Source of the DNA: Azolla caroliniana
Lineage: Eukaryota; Plantae; Polypodiophyta
Direction: 5' to 3'
Assembly: GCA_043228905.1 (NCBI GenBank)
Contig: JBHGNT010000003.1
Span: forward strand, 15,314,001 to 15,378,000
Length of the DNA stretch: 64,000 bases
Under the pieces are notes generated by a model that was not told the DNA's origin, did no database searches, and saw only the letters and a list, made by a program, of their open reading frames with translations. Within the stretch, counting starts at the first letter, position 1; each line of letters starts with the position of its first letter. A program made the translations under genes and the position numbers. Shown one piece after another: positions 23,012 through 36,510 of this stretch.

Positions 23012-26000
23012 GTTTTTGACATTCAGGTCCATGCTCGGAAGGAGTTGTCCGATCAATACTTTCGACACTACAATGTCGTTCCAGTATAGTGGTGAGCATT
23101 CCCGCCTATCACGCGGGTGACATGGCTTCGATCCGCCGCAACGGCGTGAAGGGCGAGGTGAATCCGATGTTAGCTACTAGGGAATTGCCGCCTAGCATCC
23201 CGCACCACCATATCTTCAATGTTTTCCTCGTTCCCCCGAATCCTGTACCCCTTCCGAGCCCTTGGGGGGTACAATCCATCGTCCTCCTAGGGCATTCCCA
23301 CCTGAGATCCTGCACCACTTTATCGTCAATGCTTTCCTCTACCCCTTTCAACCCATGGGGGGTACAATCGGTCATCTGCGAGGAAGGGTGCATGTCATCA
23401 TATGATCTCTCTCGTTTGGCTCTACTCCTGGGTGTAGTCGCCCAAGAGCATATAAATTTCGTTGCAATCTGTGTATTGATGACGAAGCCGAGCCTCGTTC
23501 TTGACATTAGGGTCAATGTTCCAAAAAAATTGTACAATCAATACTTCCAACACTAGGATGTCGTTGTAGTATAGTAGTGGCTATTCTCACATGTCACACG
23601 GTGGACAGGGGTTCGATCCCTGGCAATGGTGCCTCGGATCCCACACCCCCATATCCTCAATGTTTTCCTTTGCCTGTTTCAAGCCGTTGGGGGGTACAGT
23701 CGGCAGGGCGCATATCATCATATGATATGTCATCGGACTACACTCTTGGGTATAGTGGACGAATTTTGTTGTTACCCATGTATTGGCGATGAAACCGGGC
23801 CTCGTTTTCAACATTTGCATCGATCGATATTGCATCCCACACCGCCATATCCTCAATGTTTTCCTCGTTCCCCCGAATCTTGTACCCCTTCCGAGCCCTT
23901 GGGGGGTACAATCCATCGTCCTCCTAGGTCATTGCCACCTCATATCCCGCACCGCTTTATCCTCAATGATTTCCTCTACCCCTTTCGACTCATGGGGGGT
24001 ACAGTCGATCGTCCGCGAGGAAGGGCGCATGTCATCATATAAAATCTATCGTTTGGCTCTAATCCTAGGTGTTGTCGCCCATGAGCAGCTGAATTTTGTT
24101 GCAACCAGTGTACTGGCGACGAAGCTGAGCCTCGTTCTTGACATTAGGGTCAATGTTCCAAACAAATTGTACGATCGATACTTCCAACACTAGGATGTCG
24201 TTGTAGTATAGTTGTGAGTATTCCTGCCTGTCATGCGGGTGACCCGGGTTCTATCCTCGGCAATGGCGCAAAGGGTGGGGTGAAGCCGATGTCATCTCCT
24301 AGGGCATTGCTGCCTAGGACCCTGCACCGCAATATCCTCCATGGTTTCCTTGTTCCTCCGAATCATCTACCCCTTACGATCCCATGGGGGTTACAATCGG
24401 TCGTCCACGAGGCAGGGCGCATGTCATCATATGATCTCTCTCGTCCAACTGCACTTTTGGGTATTGCCACCCATGAGAAGACAAATTTCGTTGGAACATG
24501 TGTACTGACGACAAAAATGGGCCACCTATTCGAAATTTGTGTCCATCCCTGGCAACAGCGCGAAGGCGAATCCGATGTCATTTACTACAACATTGCCGCC
24601 TAAATTCCCACACCACCAAATCTTCAATGCTTTCCTCGTTCCCCCGAATTCTCTACCACTTTCGAGCCCTTGGGGGGTACAATCGGTCATCCGCGAGCAG
24701 GGCGCATGTAATCATATGATCTCTCTCGTCACACTACACTCCTGGGTATTGCCGCCCATGAGCGGATGAATTTCGTTCCAACCCGTGTACTGCCAACGAA
24801 GCTAGGCCTCGTTTTCGACATTCGGGTTCATGTCTCCGAACGAGTTGTACGATCGATACTTCCAATAGGAGGATGTTGTTGTTGTATAGTGGTGGGTATT
24901 CCCTCTTGTCATGAGGGTGACCTATGTTCAATCCCCGACAAAGGAGTGAAGGGTGGGCCGAAGCCGATGTCATCTCCTAGGGCATTGACACATAGGATCC
25001 CCCACCACCATATCCTCAATGCTTTCCTCGTTCCCTAAATCCTATACCCCTCTCGACCCCATGGGGGGTACAATCGGTCGTCCGCAACGCAGGGCACATG
25101 TCATCATAAAATCTCTCATCCGACTACACTACTACGTATTGTCGCCCATAAGCGGATGAATTTCATTGCAACCCCTATACTACATACGAAGCCGGGCCTC
25201 GTTTTTGACATTCGGGTCTGTGATCCGAACGAGTTTTACGATCGATACTTCCAACACGAGAATGTGGTTGTAGTATAGTGGTGGCTATTCTCACATGTCA
25301 CGCGGTGGACAGGGGTTCGATCCCCGGCAACGGCGTGAAGGGCGGGGCGAATCTGCCTAGGATCCCGCACCACCATATCCTCCATGCTTACCTCATTCCC
25401 CCGAATCCTACACCCCTTTCGAGCCCATGGGGGGTATAATCAGTCATCCACAATGTAGGGCACATGTCATCATAAAAGCTCTCGTACGACTGCACTACTG
25501 CACTACTGGGTATTGTCGCCCATAAGCGGACAAATTTCGTTGCAACCACCCTTGTACTGCCGACGAAGCCGGGCCTTGTTTTCGACATTCAGATACGTGC
25601 TCCGAACGAGTTTTATGATCGATACTTCCGAAATGAGGATGTGGTTGTAGTTTAGTGATGGCTATTCTCGCATGTCACGCGGTTGACAAGGGTTCGTTCC
25701 CAAGCAACGGCGCGAAGGGCGGGGTGAATCTGATATCATCTCCTAGGGCATTGCCGCCTAGGATCCCGCACCGCCATATCCTCTATGCTTTTCTCATTTC
25801 CCTGGATCCTCTACCGCTTTCGAGCTCTTGGGGGGTACAATCGGTCGTCCTAAAGGCAGGGCACATCATCATATGTTGTCTTGTCCGACTGTACTTCCGG
25901 GAATTATAGCACATAAGAAGATGAATTTCGTTGCAACCCTTCTACTTTCAACAAAGCTGGGCCTCGTTTTCAACATTCGGATTCATGCTCCGAATGAGTT

Positions 26001-28277
26001 GTACAATTGATATTTGTAACACAAGAATGTCATTGTAGTATAGTGGTGAGTATTCCCGCTTGTCACACGGGTGACCTGGGTTCGATCCCCGACAATGGCG
26101 TGAAGTGCAGGGCGAGTTTGATGTCATCTCCTGGGGGATTAACGTGTAGGATGCCGCATTGCCATATCCTCAATGCTTTCCTTGTTGCCCCGAATCTTGT
26201 ACCACTTTCAAGCCCTTTGGGGGTACAATCAGTCGTCCGCGAGATAGGCCACATGTCATCATAAAATCTATCGTCTGATTGCACTACTGGGTATTGTCGC
26301 CCATAAGCAGACGAATTTCGTTGCAACTCCTGTACTGCCGACGAAGCTGAGCCTCATTTTAGACATTTGGCTCCATGCTCCGAACGAGTTCTAGGATCGA
26401 TACTCCCAGCATGAGGATGTGGTTGTAGTATAGTGGTGAGTATTTTGGCTTGTCACGCGGTGGACAGGGCTTCGATACCTAGCAACGGCGTGGAGGGCGG
26501 GGCAACATTCGGTTCCATGCTCTGAATGAGTTGTATGATCGATACTTCCAACACGAGGATGTGGTTGTAGTATAGTAGTGAGTATTCTCGCTTGTCACGC
26601 AGTTGACAGGGGTTCGATCCCCGGCAACGGGGTGAAGGGCATGGCCAATCCGATTTTATCTCTTACAGCATTGCAGCCTAGGATCCCGCACCGCCATATC
26701 TTGAATGCTTTCCTCGTTCCCCCGAATCCTGTACCATTTTTTACCCCTTGGGGGGTACAATCAGTCGTCCGCGAGATAGGGCGCATATCATCATAAAACC
26801 TCTCGTCCGACTGCACTAATGGGTATTGTTGCTCATAAGCGGACGAAATTCGTTGCAACTCCTGTATTGTCGACGAAGGCGGCCTAGTCGTCCGCGAGGT
26901 AGGTCGCATATCATCATACAACCTCTTGTCCAACTGCAATACTGGGTATTGTCGTCCATTAGCAGACGAATTTCCTTGCAACCCATGTATTGCTGACGAA
27001 GTCAGGCCTCGTTTTCGACATTCGGGTACATGCTCCGAACGAGTTGTACGATCGATACTTCCAAGACTATGATGTCGTTGTAGTAAAGTGGTGAGTATTC
27101 TCGCCTGTCGCACGGGCGACACGGCTTTGATTCCCAAGAACGTCGTGACGAGCGAAGCGAATCCGAGGTCATCTCCTAGGGCAATACTGCCTAGCATCCC
27201 GCACCGCCATATCCTCAATGCTTTACTTGTTCCCCTGAATCCTGTACCCCTTTCCAAGCCTGGAGGGGTACACTCCGTCATCCGCGAGGCAAGGCGCATG
27301 TCATCAAAAAATCTCTCGTCTAACTGCACTACTGGGTATTGTCGCCCATAAACGGACAAATTTTGTTGCAACCCCTGTACTACCGACGAAGCCGGGCCTC
27401 GTTTTTGACATTCGGGTCCATGCTCCGAACGAGTTGTACGATCGATACTTCCAAACACGAGGATGTCGTTGTACTATATTGGTGACTATTCTCATCCATC
27501 ATGCTGGTGACACGGGTTCGATCCCCGGCAACAGCGCGAAGGGCGGGGTGAATCCGATGTTATTTCGTAGGGCATTGCCGCCTAGGATCCCGCACTTTCA
27601 CATCCTCAATTCTTTCCTCATTCCCCTGGATCCTCTACCCCTATCAAGCCCTTGGGGGGTACAGTCAGTCGTCCGCAAGGGAGAGCGCATGTCATCATAT
27701 GATCTCTCGTCCGACTGCAGTCCTGGGTATTGCCGCCCATCAGCGGACGAATTTCGTTGCAACCCTTGTACTGCCGACGAAGCCGGGCCTCGTTTTCGAC
27801 ATTCGGGTCCATGGTGCGAACCAATTGTACGATCGATAATTCCAACACGGGGATGTCGTTGTGGTATAGTGGTGAGTATTCCGCCTATCACGCGGCCTAG
27901 TAACGGCGCAAAGGGCATGGCGAATCCGATGTCATCTCCTAGGGCATGGCCACCTAGGATCCTGCACTAACATATCCTCAATTCTTTCCTCGTTAAGCTG
28001 GATCCTCTACCCCTTTCAAACTCTTGCGGGGTACAATCGGTCGTCCGCGAGGAAGGGCACATGTCATCGTATGATCTCTTGTCTGAGTGCATTGCTGGGT
28101 ATTGCCGCCCATAAGCGGACGAATTTCGTTGCAACCTGTGTACTATCGACGAAGCTGGGCATCCTTTTCGAAATTCGGGTCCATGCTCCGAAGGAGTTGT
28201 ACGATCATTAGTTCCAACATGAGGATGTCGTTGTAGTATAGTTGTGAGTATTCCCGCTTGTCACGCGGGTAACCCGG

Positions 28278-28680
28278 TGTCGCGTTATTACGCGCGTGCG
28301 TGTAGAAGTGGTGGGACCACGGGGGTCTCGAACGAGGCAGAAGTGGGATGCCAAGAAGACAAACACCGGACACGACCCGGATGCAACTGAACATGAGAGA
28401 GAGAGAGGGAGAGAGAGACAAAGAGAGAGAGAGAGACAAAGGAGAGGGAGAGTGTGCGCGCCACACCGACTCTTATGCACAAGAAGCAAGGGGGTTGTGC
28501 TTCCGATAACACCAAATACACCAAGTTGCACAAATAGATACAAGTATGTATATTACAAGGAAAAGAATACATCCCCTGCCTTGAGCCGGACCAAGGTAGG
28601 GCAAGTTACAATAGCAGTCTGCCGCCAAGAGACCGAGCATAAGCAAACCCTAACAGACACGAACTCTCAACCCAGACAAC

Positions 28681-28711
<31 letters not shown>

Positions 28712-29407
28712 AAACTATCTAACCCTAAATCTAATGGTATACCCTCTAACACAAAATGGGCAACCCCTCTACAAGGGACCATCCCTTCCTTTTATAGAAC
28801 AGGGAAAGGGATGCGTTACAATGTCAGATAAATCCCGACTTACATGGGATTCTCTGTCTTGACTTGAATCTTACTATTCACACGTTTACGCAAGGGTGAG
28901 TACACATGATGCACTCCGCCGATTCTCCCGATATTCTCTGATTCTGCCTAGAGATGGTTTTCTCCACGACATCCGTCCCCACCTAATCACGCATCCACCG
29001 GTATGCGCCAAACTAGACTCTTGCCGGAGAAGATCGGCCCGCGCTTAGCCTTCGTCCTCTGGATCGCCATTCGCTCTGAACCGGTCGTCCTCGCTATCCA
29101 AATCGCCCGGGTCCGGTTCATCCTCGTGCCGCTTGCCTCTCCGTAGGCTCATTCGACCCGTCAATAGGTCATTCACCGCAACCCCGTAGCACGCATGACC
29201 CACTGTTTGCCCTTCGCTCACCCGTATGCACGCTCCGCTCTCCGTCGTACATCTAGTGTTCTACGCTTGAGGAACACCCGTCGTGGCCCGCTTGCCCCAG
29301 TCGATCATCCGCATGATCCCGTGTGGTCGCCCTTCGTCTTCGTCCCCTCGCCGCCACCTTCCTTCTCCTTGGCCTTACATTGCCACGTTGGCTCGGTATT
29401 AGAGACA
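28278..29407 (-). mobile_element. LTR-like segment inserted into the last tRNA-Asp copy
   Basis: tRNA cut at ...TAACCCGG|TGTCG; TGTC...GACA ends; minus-strand TATAAAA ~28790; (GA)n and (GAA)n tracts. Confidence 0.55.
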
Positions 29408-29849
29408 TGTACTAAAGTAAGCATTAGATAAGGATAGATCTAGGTAAATAGAAAGAAAGGAGAGAGAGAAAGAAGGGTGTCGATCCACCTGACCACCCCC
29501 GAGCGAAGAGATCGAGACGGACTCGAGCCTCGATCGGCGTCCCATACCACCTCTGTGGCATCGAGTCATACCTGGTGGTGGCACGCTCGCTACAAGAGTT
29601 GACCCACCACAAGATAGAGTCTCGACGTAGTCAACAAGATGATGAAATGAGGGTAGCTAGGCATCTATTTATAGTGATACCGAAGGCCCCCAGCCATGTT
29701 CACATTTGGCGTAATGGGTTGTCTCAATCCTGAGGAAAACGTAATCCTCCCCTTCCTTACACTCTTGTTTAACCCTCACTCTTATCCACGTGTATAGAAT
29801 ACTACGGTAAATTCTCACCACGGGATATTATATGGTCATGCCCGTAACA
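29408..29849 (-). repeat. 3' LTR of a Gypsy deletion derivative
   Basis: TGTTACGGG...TAGTACA preceded by a purine tract (29852-29866 on the minus strand); TATAAATA at ~29670. Confidence 0.7.
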
Positions 29850-29866
29850 TACTCCCCTCCCCCTCT

Positions 29867-30525
29867 TTAAAACATTGCACTCTTGCAATGGAAAGTTAGG
29901 GAAGTTGGTTCTGAGAGTATTAACCAGTTTTCCCCTTCTAGACCCGATTTTTGGTTTTGGGTTCTAGCATGGTGGACATAGTCTTCTAGCGAGGAAAATT
30001 TCCGACTAAAGAGGTTCATTAAAGCTTGTGCTGCCTCGGTTCGAGAGGGAGGATGCAGAAATTGGCCCTTGAAAATTGTGACAAAATCTGTCCAGGTATC
30101 GGGCAATTTCCCCAAAGTACGGAGCCCACGCCACCAGGCGGCGGCCTTACCCCCTAGTTCTCGGCTGACATATGCAATCTTCGTACTATATGGCATGGGA
30201 TAGAGCTCAAAATGAGACTCCTATCGGCCCAGCCACGTGTAGATTGCTTCTTCGGTTCTTTTCTTTTTGTCTCCCGTAAATGGCTTAATGACAAACGATG
30301 GTTCACCCTATCGCTCATCAGGTCTATTAGTCTCACGTTGTAGACTAATGACACGTGCCTCGAGAGCACTTTGAGATTGCTGAAGTTCGGTCATCTGTTG
30401 AGCGGTGAAACTAAGGTATTGGGTTATTTGCAAAAAATACATCTCAATGGACATTTGTCCAGGAGGATTCCCTTGAGTTCCTTCCGCTTGAGCGGTTGAC
30501 ATCGGGTCGTTATTTTGAGCCATTA
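29867..30525 (-). pseudogene. Ty3/Gypsy gag fragment
   Basis: LGGKAAAWW...TWTDFVTIFKGQF retrotransposon gag motif; frameshifted. Confidence 0.7.
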
Positions 30526-30732
30526 AATGATTATTTCTGGAATAGAAATAGGATAAGGTCAGAGAGAGAGTCATAACATCATGTCGTGATGTAAACATAT
30601 CATGGGTGAACATTAATCGATATCATTATCTCATGTCAATACCCCTCTAGACATATGAGATGAGGTTCAAGATCAGGTTACTACGGTAACACAAAGGTGT
30701 TTTAAAAACCATGGGGGTACCAAATAAATGTC

Positions 30733-31054
30733 TTTCCCTGATCTCTATATCGATTTTTTTCATGGTGGCTCCGGCTCAACCATGTCTGTTCGCGTCATGA
30801 ATAGTTTATACACGAAAAAAATGTTAACAATAAACTATGTTTCTATGCCCACATATGTAGTTTCGGCTCTTTAAATCCTATTACGAGGACCCCTTTCCCT
30901 GATCTCTATATCGATTTTTTTCATGGTGGCTCCGGCTCAACCATGTCTGTTCGCGTCATGAATAGTTTATACACGAAAAAAATGTTAACAATAAACTATG
31001 TTTCTATGCCCACATATGTAGTTTCGGCTCTTTAAATCCTATTACGAGGACCCC
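30733..31054. repeat. Perfect 161-bp tandem duplication
   Basis: TTTCCCTGATCTCTATATCG... starts at 30733 and 30894. Confidence 0.95.
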
Positions 31055-31687
31055 GAAGTGCACTTAGACCTCAAGTCTAAACATGTGTTATAGTCATATG
31101 TATCAATGATGTTGTATGGTCTTGGTCATATCTGAACTCGAGACCTCAAGAACAAATGCATTAAACACTTGAGCCAACCAAGTAGGTGGCTCTTCTTGAA
31201 TGTTTAATGTTTCATGCGTATAAGAGATATGCGAGGCATTTGCCCATATATGTTGTTATAAGAGAAACATATATGTCAGTAGTCCTTATTTCGCCCTCAT
31301 TTACTACAACTATGTTGGTACGTTACCTAACCTCAAGTCTCGTAATTACGATGGCATACGCCAAAGTGCAACCTAATGGTCAAGCCAAATGAGCCCTTTT
31401 TTCGTAGTAGGCCCACGTGGCCCATCACATAATCACGTCATTACGAATGCCTCTCGTAAGAATGATCTCATGGTGGCATCGTATCCTTGTAATGAGGGAG
31501 GGATGTTGGATACGTGTGTCATAAGAGCGACCTCACATGAAGTGGGTCAAACCCTACGTACTCAACATCATTATGGCTATTGGCATTTCTTTACGTAATG
31601 AAATATCGAAGTCACCAACGGGGATTTCAACAATAAAAAATTGTTGAAAAAAGGGTAACCTCTAGACGTATGAGATGAGGTTCAAGA

Positions 31688-32734
31688 TCAGGTTACTAAA
31701 AGGGATACGTGGAAGACTGGAGGGCGGCCAAGATGATATACAACATCACTTATCTTAGCAGTGATCATGTATGGGCCAAAACGTTGGTAATTCAATTTAC
31801 CAAAAGGCCGAGTAGTCTTGATGTTGTGTTGGAGAATCCATACACGATCCCCAACACAGAATTTTTTGGAGGAATCTAGGCGATGGTGATCTGCAAGCCT
31901 CTTGTGTGTAACTTGTGCATCATGTAAATTGTGAAGAATAGCAGCGTGAATTTCTTGGAGGCGACTAAGACGATCCGCAGCAGCAGGGTTGATAGGCACT
32001 TGTGGATGCGCATTCATTGTCCACCGAGGATGGTGGCCCGTATTTGCGTAAAATGGGGAATAACCCGTAGAAGAATGGACCGAGTTGTTGTAAACGAATT
32101 CAGCCAAGTGCAGAAAATCAACCCAATCATCTTGTTGGTAGTTGATGAAACAACGACGATATTGCTCCAATGTCTGGTTGGTACGCTCAGTTTGGCTATT
32201 AGTCTCAGGATGATAGCCCGAACAAAGTTGAGCCGAAATTCGGAGAAGTTTGAGTATATGCTTCCAAAACTTTGAAATAAATTGTGGACCCCGATCACTA
32301 ATAATATCTTCTAGAAGACCATGGTGCTTAAATAGCTCCCGCATAACTAGATCGACCACCTCTTGACTAGTAATAGACTTCGTACATGGCACGAAATGTG
32401 CCATTTTGGTAAGTCGATCAACCACTGTGAGAATTGCATCATAACCTTTTGAAACTGGGAGATCGGTAATGAAATCCAAGGATATAGACTTCCAAGGATT
32501 TTCCAGAATGGGAAGTGGTTGTAGTAAGCCATAGGATCGGTTTTGAGGACTCTTTGATCGACAACAGGTATCACAACTGCGAACATACTCCTCAACAAAA
32601 TGACGAAGGCGAGGCCACCAATATTGTCGAGAAACTAATTCTAGACTTTTGCGAACTCCAAAATGTCCAGCCATTGGTGACTCATGGCAATGTTTTAGAA
32701 CTTGTGGTTGTGGGGGACCATTAGGAACATACAA
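31688..32734 (-). pseudogene. Chromovirus Ty3/Gypsy integrase fragment
   Basis: HHCC finger (CHESPMAGH...CDTC), ISLDFITDLP, IISDRGPQF, QTERTNQTLEQY, GPY motif, VFHVSLL. Confidence 0.92.
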
Positions 32735-32749
32735 TAGGTTTTGTTGAAA

Positions 32750-35700
32750 TCACGATCGGGGATGTGGAGATTGATCAACACTTCTTCGTGCAAGACTCGG
32801 CTTCACATTCCGTCACCCTAGGACAACCATATATAACATCGTCCCGGATGGAGACCAAGTTGTTCGATAATGGAGCAGCCTTCGCGAGCGTCAAGAGTCT
32901 TGATAGTAAAAGATCTGTTCAATTCCTGACGGTGCGAGCTAATCATGAAAGGAATAGAGATAACCTTGGAGGTGAATCCCCGGATTTTTAAAGCAGACTA
33001 TTGAAGCATGGGGCACAAATAGTCCGAGCAATCATAAGTCCCCACAAGGAAGCAGAGGGTGTGGATTGCAAGGAGAAGCAACATGTGTCACACCTAGTGG
33101 CGGATGCAAACTAAGACTTCTCAACAAGAAGGAAAAGTGTTAGATATAAGACTTCGAGGAGGTGCTGAAAGAAGAAAGCATAATCGAAGAAGAAGAATTC
33201 GTGTCATATATTCTGGAGGAAGCCTCATTTAACGACACCATCAGCAAAATCGAGGAAGTCGTGGACTTGAGCTATCCTCACCATCAACATGTGATTTCGG
33301 TTAACTCCGTCAACATGTATACTATCATCGATGAATATCATCGAGGCATCTTGATAGAGGAAGCCGAAGTAAACACAAAATATAAAACCGTGGATAGGAA
33401 GATCAGGCCAGTTGCAATTCCACTACCGAAAGATAGCTGGCAAAAGATGAAGGAAGTTGCAAAAGATCCAAGCTTAAGGAACCCAAATACAATTGGTCAC
33501 GTCTTCACTGAAGAGACGAAGGGAAAGCTACGAGTTGGAAGGGAGGATTTCCTCCTCCCTGAAGAGGAGCAAATGTTTCGTGGAATGCTTGAAAGACATG
33601 GGAAGGCTTTCGCATTTTTCCCACAGGAAATCGGGTGTGTTAATCCAAGGACGGTAGAACTGATGGTGATCTTCACGGTGCCGCATGTGCCTTGGAATTT
33701 GAAACCGATACCGGTTCCGAGAGCACACCTACCAAAGTTGATCGAGCTCTTAAAGGAGAAGGTGAGGATGGGAATTCTAGAATCGTCGAACGCTCCTTAT
33801 TCTAATAGGTGGTTCACGGTGCCAAAGAAGAATGGATCGTTGCGATTCATTCCAGATCTTCAACCCGTCAACAAGGTGACAATTCGGAATGCTGGAATCG
33901 GTCCGAGTGTGGATGAATTTGCTGAGGCGTTTGCGGGCCGGTCCATCTACTCCATCGGCGATCTCTACTCTGGCTACGATCAATTCTAGTTGGCGGTCGA
34001 CAGTCGTGACATTACAACCATGAGAACTCCAATCGGGTTGGTGCGGATGTGTACCTTACCTCAAGGCGCAACGAACTCGGTGGCTCATATGGTGAATGCC
34101 ATGAACAAGGTCTTGAAGGATTGCATCCCGGATATCATGATGTCATTCTTAGATGATATTCCGATAAAAGGATGTTCGGATGAAGAGAAGGATGAACCAA
34201 AAGATAAGGATGGATGTAGAAAGTTCGTCATGGATCATATGAAAGATTGCAAGAAGGTTCTCCAAAGGCTCGAAGATGCGAATTTGACATTTTCGGGAGA
34301 AAAATCTGGATTCGGGCAACCGGAGATCCTGGTGGTAGGTCACTTGTGTGGAGCATACGGTCGGAAGCCTTCGCCATCCAAGGTGAATGCAATCCAAGAC
34401 ATGAAAGAAGAATGTGTAACCCAAACGGAGGTTTGAAGGTTCCTTGGAGCATGCGCGTTTTATCATATTTGGATTCCACACTACGCCCACATTGTTGAGC
34501 CATTACATGGTCTACTAAAGAAGAAGTGGATGTTCGAATGGATGAGCGAGCATACAATTGTCATCGTCATCTGAAGGCTGAAGAAATTATTGATGGAGGC
34601 ACCTGCATTACGGAAAGCGGACTATTCATACGGCAAGCCGATTTTCGTGATTGTGGATACTAGTCCAATCGGAATTGGATGGGTTATCAACCAAGAAGAT
34701 GAAGATTGCAACCGATATGCAATTTGGTTTGGCGCGAAAGTGTTAATTGACAAACAAAGAAGGTATGCCCAAGTGAAGAGGGAGCTATGGGGAATCGTCT
34801 CGGCAATCAAATCTGATCATAATTACCTTATTGGAGCAGAAGTCATAATTGAGACAGATTGCCTACCAATTTTGGGTATGATATCTGGTTTTAATACACT
34901 GGATATTGCCATGTTGCGTTGGATTGCATATATCAAATCACTCAACCCGGAGATCCGTCATGTAGCTGGGAAGCGTAATGTCGTTGTAGACATGCTATCA
35001 TGAGCGAGATACGACGGAGAAGAAGATCAACATTCTGATGAAGATGATGTTGGCTTGGATTTCTTTGCAAGTTCCTACGCTCGGGTGTTGACTACTTTCA
35101 TAGAAGAGGAATACGAAGGCGAATTCGTGGAGATCGGGAAATACTTGAGTTCTCTCCAAAAAGATGAATCATGGTCGACGGAAGACTTCCATCAAATTCG
35201 GAAGAAGGCATACAAGTATTTCCTTAAGGATGGAGCTCTTTGGAGGCATGCAAAAAAGAAGAATGGGACTCCGATGAGAGTTGTCTGCAAGTTAGAAGAC
35301 CAACAAAAACTAATGTCTGAATTTCGTGATAGTGTTTTTGCAGGCCATCGAGGAGTATGGGCTACGTTTGCGAAGCTTAAGGAGAAATATTGGTGGCCGG
35401 GCATCTACAAATATGTAGCAGCTTATGTGGAAACATGTAAGGAATGTCAGATGTTTTCGAATATTCGCCATCGAGATGGACTTCATCCGACTTACCCGTT
35501 GCCTATGCATTACAAGTGGATAGTGGACATCGTGATGATGCCAATGGGGCGATGGCAGATGAAGTATCTTGTGCTCGCGAGAGAGGATATTACCAATCAA
35601 GTTGAAGGGCGAGCATTTAGAACTAAGGAGACATCATCGATATGTTGATTCCTTCTTGAAGATGTTATTTGCAGATATGGATGCGTCGGCAAGATAGTGG

Positions 35701-36443
35701 CTGATAGAGGCGAGTTGGACGCCAATGAAGCTAGAGAATTCTTCTCGAGGATGGGAATCAAATTATCTCTTACCATGGCATATAATCCGGAAGAAAATGG
35801 GAAGGTGGAACGTGGACATGGACCAATTGTGAAGGCTATTGTGAAAGCTTACCATGGGAAAATAGGAGAATGGCCGCGTCTATTGCCATTTGCACTATGG
35901 GCTGATAGGACTACTCATAGCACGGTGACGGGATACATGCCATCAGAGCTCATATTCGGACAAAAGCCAATAATGCCTGTAGAACAAAGTATTATTTCAT
36001 GGTTTGCATTGCCATGGCAAGATGAGATAAGTAGAGAAGATCTTCTAGCATTGAGGATTCGACAATTAGAGCGGAATTTGGAAGATATAGAGGTGGCTAA
36101 AGCGCGACTAAAGAATGCAAGGCTAAAGAACAAGAAAGACTTCGATAAACGACATCGACTTCGGCCAAGGAAAATCGTTGAAGGAGATTGGGTGCTAGTC
36201 TATGATAGTAGCCTAGATAACCAACATAGTACGGCTTGAAAATTCTCACAACGATGGTTTGGGCCATATGTGGTGAAGAAAGTGGAAGATAATGCAACAT
36301 ATCATTTAGTAGAACTGGATGGTACACCACTTGCCTTGCCAATTGCCGGTAAAAGAATCAAGATCTTCAAGAGAAGAGATAGAATAGAAATTGGATTCGA
36401 AGCTTTTGACGATTCAGTCTTAAGCATCGATGAAAAAGTATAG
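32750..36443 (+). pseudogene. Degenerate Ty3/Gypsy pol (PR end-RT-RH-INT)
   Basis: RT (DLYSGYDQF, LPQGATNS, FLDD), RNase H (DTSP, ELWG, ETDC), integrase (GHRG...CKEC, ADRGE, GPY); several stops. Confidence 0.92.
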
Positions 36444-36510
36444 TAAACAAAAGTGGAGCCTCACCAAAATTGGCACATACCGGTGGATGTGCAGGTTTGG
36501 TGGGGGCGAA

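Larger units (their letters stand above)
1886..28277 (+). repeat. Tandem array (satellite-like) of ~355-391-bp monomers each containing a tRNA-Asp(GUC) gene or pseudogene
   Basis: About 55 recurrences of GTCGTTGTAGTATAGTGG...GGTTCGATCCC heads with a shared spacer; interrupted at 16698-20025 and 21726-23011. Confidence 0.97.

Noticed and set aside
1886-28277. Many 60-290-aa ORFs (MVSIPACHAGDPGSIPGNG...)
   Set aside because: They are translations of the tRNA and spacer repeat, with variable frames and stops and no protein family signal
1886-28277. CRISPR array
   Set aside because: Spacers are homologous and ~300 bp long, the repeat is a tRNA, there are no cas genes and the context is eukaryotic
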